DNA of 56,420 nt from an uncultured Verrucomicrobiota bacterium. Its GTDB lineage: Bacteria > Verrucomicrobiota > Kiritimatiellia > CAIKKV01 > CAITUY01. The notes beneath the pieces were generated by a model. It ran no database searches. It was not told the origin of the DNA and worked only from the letters and a program-made list of their open reading frames with translations. Each line of letters begins with the position of its first letter. The stretch's first letter is position 1. Shown in pieces: positions 54,033-56,420 of the stretch. A program made the position numbers and the translations under genes. The stretch is from positions 1 through 56,420 of the forward strand of contig CAZMSS010000001.1 of assembly GCA_964568965.1 (NCBI GenBank), read 5' to 3'.

Positions 54033-55441
54033 ATCAAGATTCTGATTCGTTAGGTCAGTTATCGTCCATGCGCTACAGTGGCAACACCCCCGGCGTGGCT
54101 TTCGCCTACGACCGTCTCGGACGCCAGACCACCATCACCGACGCCACGGGTACCCGTACCTTCACCTACAACGATGCCCTCCAGTTGTCGGGCGAAACCA
54201 ACACCCAGTGCGTGTTGCAGTACGGTTTCGACAATCTCGGCCGTCCATCCGGCTTCGCCGTAGGCCCCAACTACTCCGTCAACTACACCTACGACTCCGT
54301 CGGCCGCTTCTCCTCCGTTTCTTCAACTGTTGCGTCCGTTGCCTCCTACTCCTACCTCCCCGGCAGCGACCTCGTCCAAGGTTACACCACAGTCTCCGGC
54401 TTTGCCCTCATGCGCTCCTACGAGCCCAACCGCAACCTGATCGCCAGCATTACCAATGGTTTCGGGGGTGTTCAGCTGCACCGGTTCGACTACACAAACG
54501 ATGAAATCGGGCGCCGTACCCAGCGGGCTGATTTCGATCTTTCCACTAGCATCTCCAACTTCTTCGCCTATAATATCCGTAGCGAACTGGAAGATGCGGC
54601 TATGGGAACCAACACCTTCAACTACCGCTACGACCCCATCGGCGGCATCCTGTCTGCTGACTTCAACGGCACAGACGCCTTCTACGCCTATGACGCGAAC
54701 GGCAATGTTACCGATTTGGTCGGCACCAACGGTGCATTCCTGGCCCAGTACCAGTTCGATCCATACGGCAACACGATCAGCAAAACCGGCGCTCTCGCCG
54801 ATGTGAATCCGTTTAGGTTCTCGACGAAATTTTTGGATGCGGAAACGGGGCTGTATTATTACGGCCACAGATACTTCAACTCTGAATTAGCGAGATGGGT
54901 GAGCCGCGATCCGATTCATGAAAGGGGCGGAAGGAATTTGTATGCCTCATTTGCAAATTCCCCATTGAATAAATTCGATCGGCTTGGCAAATCAGCAACA
55001 AAGGCATCATCATGTTGCTCTGTTACGTGGGTAGTCAGCCCTCGGCGTTTTCAGACGTTCTCCTACAACTCTTCTACACGAGATTTTCTTGTTCGGCTTG
55101 AGCAAGTTTCAGTTACGGTAACAGTGGATCCTCCTACTGTTAGTCTTGCTGGGGTAAAGATCAAACAGGAGGCAACTATAACATGGGTTGATGACCGCGG
55201 GCCTGGAAGTCGTTCTTGGCCCGACCTTGAAGTTGGTGCTCCTGGGCCTCTCTGGGACACTAGTTCGGGGCCCTACGGGCCTGAATACAGTGGCAATGTC
55301 GATTTGACGTGGGAGTATGCTCTTACACTGAAAGATTATTTAGATCCTCCTGTTTGCCTTGGTGACTCGGGAGTAACGTGGGGTTTCTCTATCGTTGGAA
55401 CGAGAGACGGTGGTGGCGGAATCGTCGGAACAACATTCTGA
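54014..55441 (+). CDS. 5'-truncated RHS/YD-repeat core protein with an unassigned C-terminal (toxin-candidate) domain
   Basis: The YD repeats are YDRLGR, YTYDSVGR, FDYTNDEIGRR, YRYDPIG and YAYDANGNV. The RHS-associated core is FDPYGN...NPFRFSTKFLDAETGLYYYGHRYFNSELARWVSRDPI...NSPLNKFDRLG. No N-terminal secretion or PAAR module is present. The ORF starts inside the last 19 nt of the GH127 gene. Confidence 0.8.
   Translation: MDQRWLNQDSDSLGQLSSMRYSGNTPGVAFAYDRLGRQTTITDATGTRTFTYNDALQLSGETNTQCVLQYGFDNLGRPSGFAVGPNYSVNYTYDSVGRFSSVSSTVASVASYSYLPGSDLVQGYTTVSGFALMRSYEPNRNLIASITNGFGGVQLHRFDYTNDEIGRRTQRADFDLSTSISNFFAYNIRSELEDAAMGTNTFNYRYDPIGGILSADFNGTDAFYAYDANGNVTDLVGTNGAFLAQYQFDPYGNTISKTGALADVNPFRFSTKFLDAETGLYYYGHRYFNSELARWVSRDPIHERGGRNLYASFANSPLNKFDRLGKSATKASSCCSVTWVVSPRRFQTFSYNSSTRDFLVRLEQVSVTVTVDPPTVSLAGVKIKQEATITWVDDRGPGSRSWPDLEVGAPGPLWDTSSGPYGPEYSGNVDLTWEYALTLKDYLDPPVCLGDSGVTWGFSIVGTRDGGGGIVGTTF
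54989..55438 (+). other. RHS C-terminal variable domain (about 150 aa) downstream of the core-end motif
   Basis: It begins after ...FDRLG and reads KSATKASSCCSVTWVVSPRRFQ...GGGIVGTTF. It is beta-rich with no nuclease, deaminase or ART motif I can recognise. GC content drops here. Confidence 0.55.
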
Positions 55442-55483
55442 TGACAAACACGATGCTATGCTTGCACTTTATATAACAGGTTT

Positions 55484-55987
55484 ATGAAACAGATTCTAAA
55501 GTTAGGCTTGAGCGTGATAATTCACACTTTGATTGTGGTGAATTGTTGTGGGCAATTAACTTCACAATCTGTTGCTGCTGAAAAAGAAACTTTGCGTACG
55601 CTAGTACAGCAGGCGGAGAGTATCTTTGTCGGCAGGGTTGAAGGTGTAGGAAAAAATGGTGGAACTTCATATTATCTCACGCAGGTATGTGAGATTTTAA
55701 GAGATAAAGATGGGCTGGGGCAATTCGGCAGTGTGACGAATTCCAAGATCACTATTCTTGTCTTCTATCCAATTAGCACAGAGTCTTCCGTTTTAAAACT
55801 CGAGCGGCAATTGATTGGTGGAAAGTTCATCATTTTTATGGAAAAATTTCCTGGTAAGGGGAAGATTTGGTACGTATTTGGCCGAGATCCCCGAAAGGGT
55901 TTAGTAGAAAGTACTCCACATCTACTTGACACAATAAAAATGCTTATTGGAAGTAACCACGTTGAGTCCTTCATCATCCCGCCGTGA
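55484..55987 (+). CDS. Hypothetical exported protein, candidate cognate immunity protein
   Basis: It lies immediately downstream of the RHS-CT with a 42-nt gap. The N-terminal hydrophobic segment is MKQILKLGLSVIIHTLIVVNCCGQ. Two sampled 60-nt lines here are about 35-40% GC. Confidence 0.45.
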   Translation: MKQILKLGLSVIIHTLIVVNCCGQLTSQSVAAEKETLRTLVQQAESIFVGRVEGVGKNGGTSYYLTQVCEILRDKDGLGQFGSVTNSKITILVFYPISTESSVLKLERQLIGGKFIIFMEKFPGKGKIWYVFGRDPRKGLVESTPHLLDTIKMLIGSNHVESFIIPP

Positions 55988-56017
55988 AAATCCGTAGATG
56001 AGGAATGAGGTAATGAG

Positions 56018-56254
56018 ATGAATCAAAAAATCAAACTACCCGAGTGTTTCGGATGCCAGGCTGAAACGATGCTGCACGGCCAGGATGTCGTTGCCTGTAT
56101 CGACTGCGAATGGTTCGACAAATGCCACAAGATCACGGTGTCGGCGTCACTGATGGCGATCTCGGATGCGATGGATTTGATCGTCCAGAACGGTTTGGCC
56201 GATGGCCGTCTCAAGGGATTCAAGGAACTAGAGAAGTTGATTGAAAAGCGGTAA
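56018..56254 (+). CDS. Small Cys-rich protein (zinc-ribbon-like CxxC...CxxC)
   Basis: Length is 78 aa, with the pattern CFGCQ-x14-CIDCEWFDKCH. GAGG lies upstream of the ATG. Confidence 0.4.
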   Translation: MNQKIKLPECFGCQAETMLHGQDVVACIDCEWFDKCHKITVSASLMAISDAMDLIVQNGLADGRLKGFKELEKLIEKR

Positions 56255-56366
56255 ACGCTCTCCCCCGATCCCTGATTTGTTTGGTCTGGGCGCAGATCAA
56301 GCCTAGCCGTCCTTTCCTCGTTATTACCTCGATTTCCGGCTAAAATTCATGGCAGGGAGGCCTACC

Positions 56367-56420
56367 ATGAATACACGTAACTGCAAGTATTGCCGGGAAC
56401 CCTTCATTCCTGAAATCCAC
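56367..56420 (+). CDS. Partial ORF (5' end only), begins with a CxxC motif
   Basis: The ATG is preceded by GGGAGG. The peptide MNTRNCKYCREPFIPEIH runs off the window edge. Confidence 0.3.
   Translation, partial: MNTRNCKYCREPFIPEIH

Noticed and set aside
1-56420. Scan for rRNA, tRNA, CRISPR arrays, transposases, integrases and prophage genes
   Set aside because: I saw no spaced direct-repeat array, no cloverleaf-like or rRNA-like conserved stretch in the intergenic regions, and no DDE, tyrosine- or serine-recombinase motifs in any ORF. This absence cannot be proven without tools such as tRNAscan or Infernal.
54014-56420. Calling the low-GC RHS islet a defined mobile element
   Set aside because: There is no integrase or transposase, no flanking direct repeat and no tRNA attachment site within the window, and the right boundary lies beyond the window edge.

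Overview
This is a high-GC bacterial chromosomal segment. Sampled 60-nt lines are about 63% GC. I see about 38 protein-coding genes and no rRNA, tRNA, CRISPR array or recognisable transposase or integrase. The gene content looks like a glycan-degrading member of the PVC superphylum (Verrucomicrobiota, Kiritimatiellota or Lentisphaerota); that placement is inference only. It includes two GH31 paralogs, a GH78 rhamnosidase, a GH127 beta-L-arabinofuranosidase, a GH106-like enzyme, a GH20-like unknown, a Cys-type sulfatase, two carbohydrate esterases (one inside a 1456-aa LamG/DUF2341 surface protein), two URO-D-like proteins and sugar or sugar-acid catabolic enzymes. Nearly all glycosidases lack signal peptides. 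The most unusual feature is a tightly packed co-directional 11-gene minus-strand cluster at 39626 to 22946. It begins with three cytosolic peptide-processing enzymes: an M42 aminopeptidase, an enolase-superfamily dipeptide-epimerase-like enzyme and an M24 Xaa-Pro peptidase. A duplicated membrane machine follows, with two MacB/LolD-type ABC ATPases, two FtsX-type permeases and two distantly related ~660-aa polytopic membrane proteins. One permease is a ~1596-aa fusion carrying an apparently catalytically degenerate M28/PA peptidase-like ectodomain and a coiled coil. The cluster ends with a 284-aa unknown and a PqqD-like small protein. I cannot map this architecture onto a described system. The 3' end of the window (from about 54.85 kb) drops to about 35-40% GC. 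It holds a 5'-truncated RHS core with an unassignable C-terminal domain and small putative immunity or Cys-rich ORFs. Many long antisense ORFs in the track are GC-driven shadows and were rejected.
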